In this document: one piece after another, positions 58,130-64,000 of the stretch
Numbering within the stretch: position 1 is the stretch's first letter
Layout of the letters: each line of letters begins with the position of its first letter
Origin: Chrysomallon squamiferum
Taxonomy: Eukaryota; Animalia; Mollusca
DNA: 64,000 nt
NCBI GenBank assembly: GCA_012295275.1
Contig: CM022667.1
Coordinates: 17,732,001-17,796,000 of the forward strand
Reading direction: 5' to 3'
Translations under genes and position numbers: made by a program
Notes under the pieces: model-generated
Databases searched by the model: none
Seen by the model: the letters and a program-made list of their open reading frames with translations, nothing else
Told to the model about the DNA's origin: nothing

Positions 58130-58226
58130 GAAATATGTTTACATGAAATATGTTTACATGAAATATGTTTACATGAAATATGTTTACATGAAATATGTTT
58201 ACATGAAATATGTTTACATGAAATAT
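58130..58226. repeat. 15-bp tandem repeat GAAATATGTTTACAT x6.5
   Basis: Perfect copies directly visible. Confidence 0.95.
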
Positions 58227-58370
58227 TGTTGAATGTTGTTGAAATCTAGCAGCATTTGGCCAAGTTTTTAGTAACAATATGAAATATCGACCTGTAGCGA
58301 ATGTTTTATACTTACATACTTATACACAGGCCTATGCATGTACATAGTTTTGTACATGTGTGTGTCTGTG

Positions 58371-58408
<38 letters not shown>

Positions 58409-58454
58409 TACACGTATATATATATATATTATATATACATACATACATACATAC

Positions 58455-58497
<43 letters not shown>

Positions 58498-59796
58498 AAC
58501 ATACATACACCCATACACACACATAAAACATACATACATATGTGTGTATGTGTGCGCGCGTTTGCAAACATACATATATATACATATATATATCTACATA
58601 CATACATATTTAATTACTAACAAACAATTATTAACATACATAAGAGTACGTAAAAAAGGTATAAAGAAATAAACTCTAAAGCTGTCCCTGTGCGCGCGCG
58701 CCTTTGTTTCAGTGTGAAATAATGGAAGTCCTATTTTTCGATTATTTGTAGTATGGGACAATTCTTATTTCCAAACAATCTCCATGTTACATCATTCATC
58801 ATCGATCAAAATGTATGATTAATTTCTTGAATTCACATGTTCATGTGTTCGTAACCATATCAGGAATTGCACTGTTTTTTCTGATATTCACGCACTCATT
58901 GTTCACACTGGTGATTTTGTGACCGCTCAGTGCTGAGTTATACGAACACGTCAGCTTCGCGTCACCCGGCCTCTGCCAGGTTCATTTTCAAATATCAATT
59001 TGCTCTGTTTTGTGCTGGGCAGTGCTCGGCTGTAGCTTGTAGCGAACGTTCACAGCACACCAGCTATTTATACAGATCTGAAATATATAACATAACGACA
59101 AGTTAAGTACCCATCCTATTTATATAACAAAATAAGAATAACAGTGATGATAACTTGATGGTGACAATATAGTTGTAGCATCATATGTCAGCAGAAATAA
59201 CAATAATGCAAAAACAGCGGCAGCAGCAACTACAAAACATGATAGAATAAAATCAATAATAAAAAATAAATTAAATAAAAATAAATAAATTAATTAAATA
59301 TATAGAAAGTAAATTAAATACTACTACGTGATAAAAATAAAACAGAATAACAAAAGTATCTAAAAAGTTATACCATATTACTATTATCGCTGTTCTACTA
59401 GTACTACGATCACTATAGTTTCTGCATACTATTACTTCTACTACTGCAACTATTGCTGCTGCTATAATACAACGACAGCAGTGAAGCCTTATTTAATTAT
59501 AATTACCTCAACTAACACATTAGAGATTCCGTTCGGGATTTTTTCCGGACGCATTCGGCTATTTCCGCACCGGAATTTTTTAGGAAGACGAAACTGAATT
59601 TGGTGATTCGTTCCAAGAGCTTCAAACTTAAACGTTTTCTTTCACTTTATCTTTAGTGTTATTTCTGTTTTCACCTGTTTCTTTTATCACAAAGTAAGTT
59701 TAAAGAAGAGACGACGTTTTTTCAATTCTGCTCTTCAGTTTCCTTTCTCGTTAATATAAAAGTATTTGTTTGAAACATAAAGTTAAAATAAAGTGT

Positions 59797-64000
<4,204 letters not shown>

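Noticed and set aside
57855-58141. GGAAATATGTTTA on both sides of the SINE as a target-site duplication seeding the 15-bp repeat
   Set aside because: The left copy overlaps what I recall as the SINE's own 3' end, so a TSD cannot be told from coincidence without the consensus.

Overview
AT-rich, microsatellite-dense animal genomic DNA with compact spliced genes. It is probably a mollusc or other lophotrochozoan; this is inferred from a Nin-type SINE relic and the repeat landscape. Seven protein-coding genes were reconstructed by hand with frame-consistent splice phases. (1) Three tandem 4-exon orphan class A GPCR paralogues on + (2195-17799). (2) A 21-exon secreted protein on - (33296-19966) with 17 EGF/cbEGF modules and an unusual C-terminal EMI-like domain. 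(3) Two tandem 6-exon secreted PAN/Apple + YWTD-like beta-propeller genes on - (38696-34667 and 43854-41006). (4) A 5'-truncated RGK (Rem/Rad/Gem)-family GTPase on - (64000-59797). Repeats include a long-TIR Sola2-like DNA transposon, Tigger/pogo relics, LINE and SINE fragments, several minisatellites and a 6.3 kb 31-bp satellite. The most notable signals are the PAN+propeller pair with a homogenised PAN core, the reversed-order EGF-EMI protein, GC-AG introns and motif losses in the GPCR cluster, a microsatellite-joined inversion chimera, a 34-bp inverted repeat bracketing a whole gene, and repeated CRE palindromes near most genes. No CRISPR array, rRNA or tRNA gene was seen. Family assignments come from motif recognition only; no database search was run.
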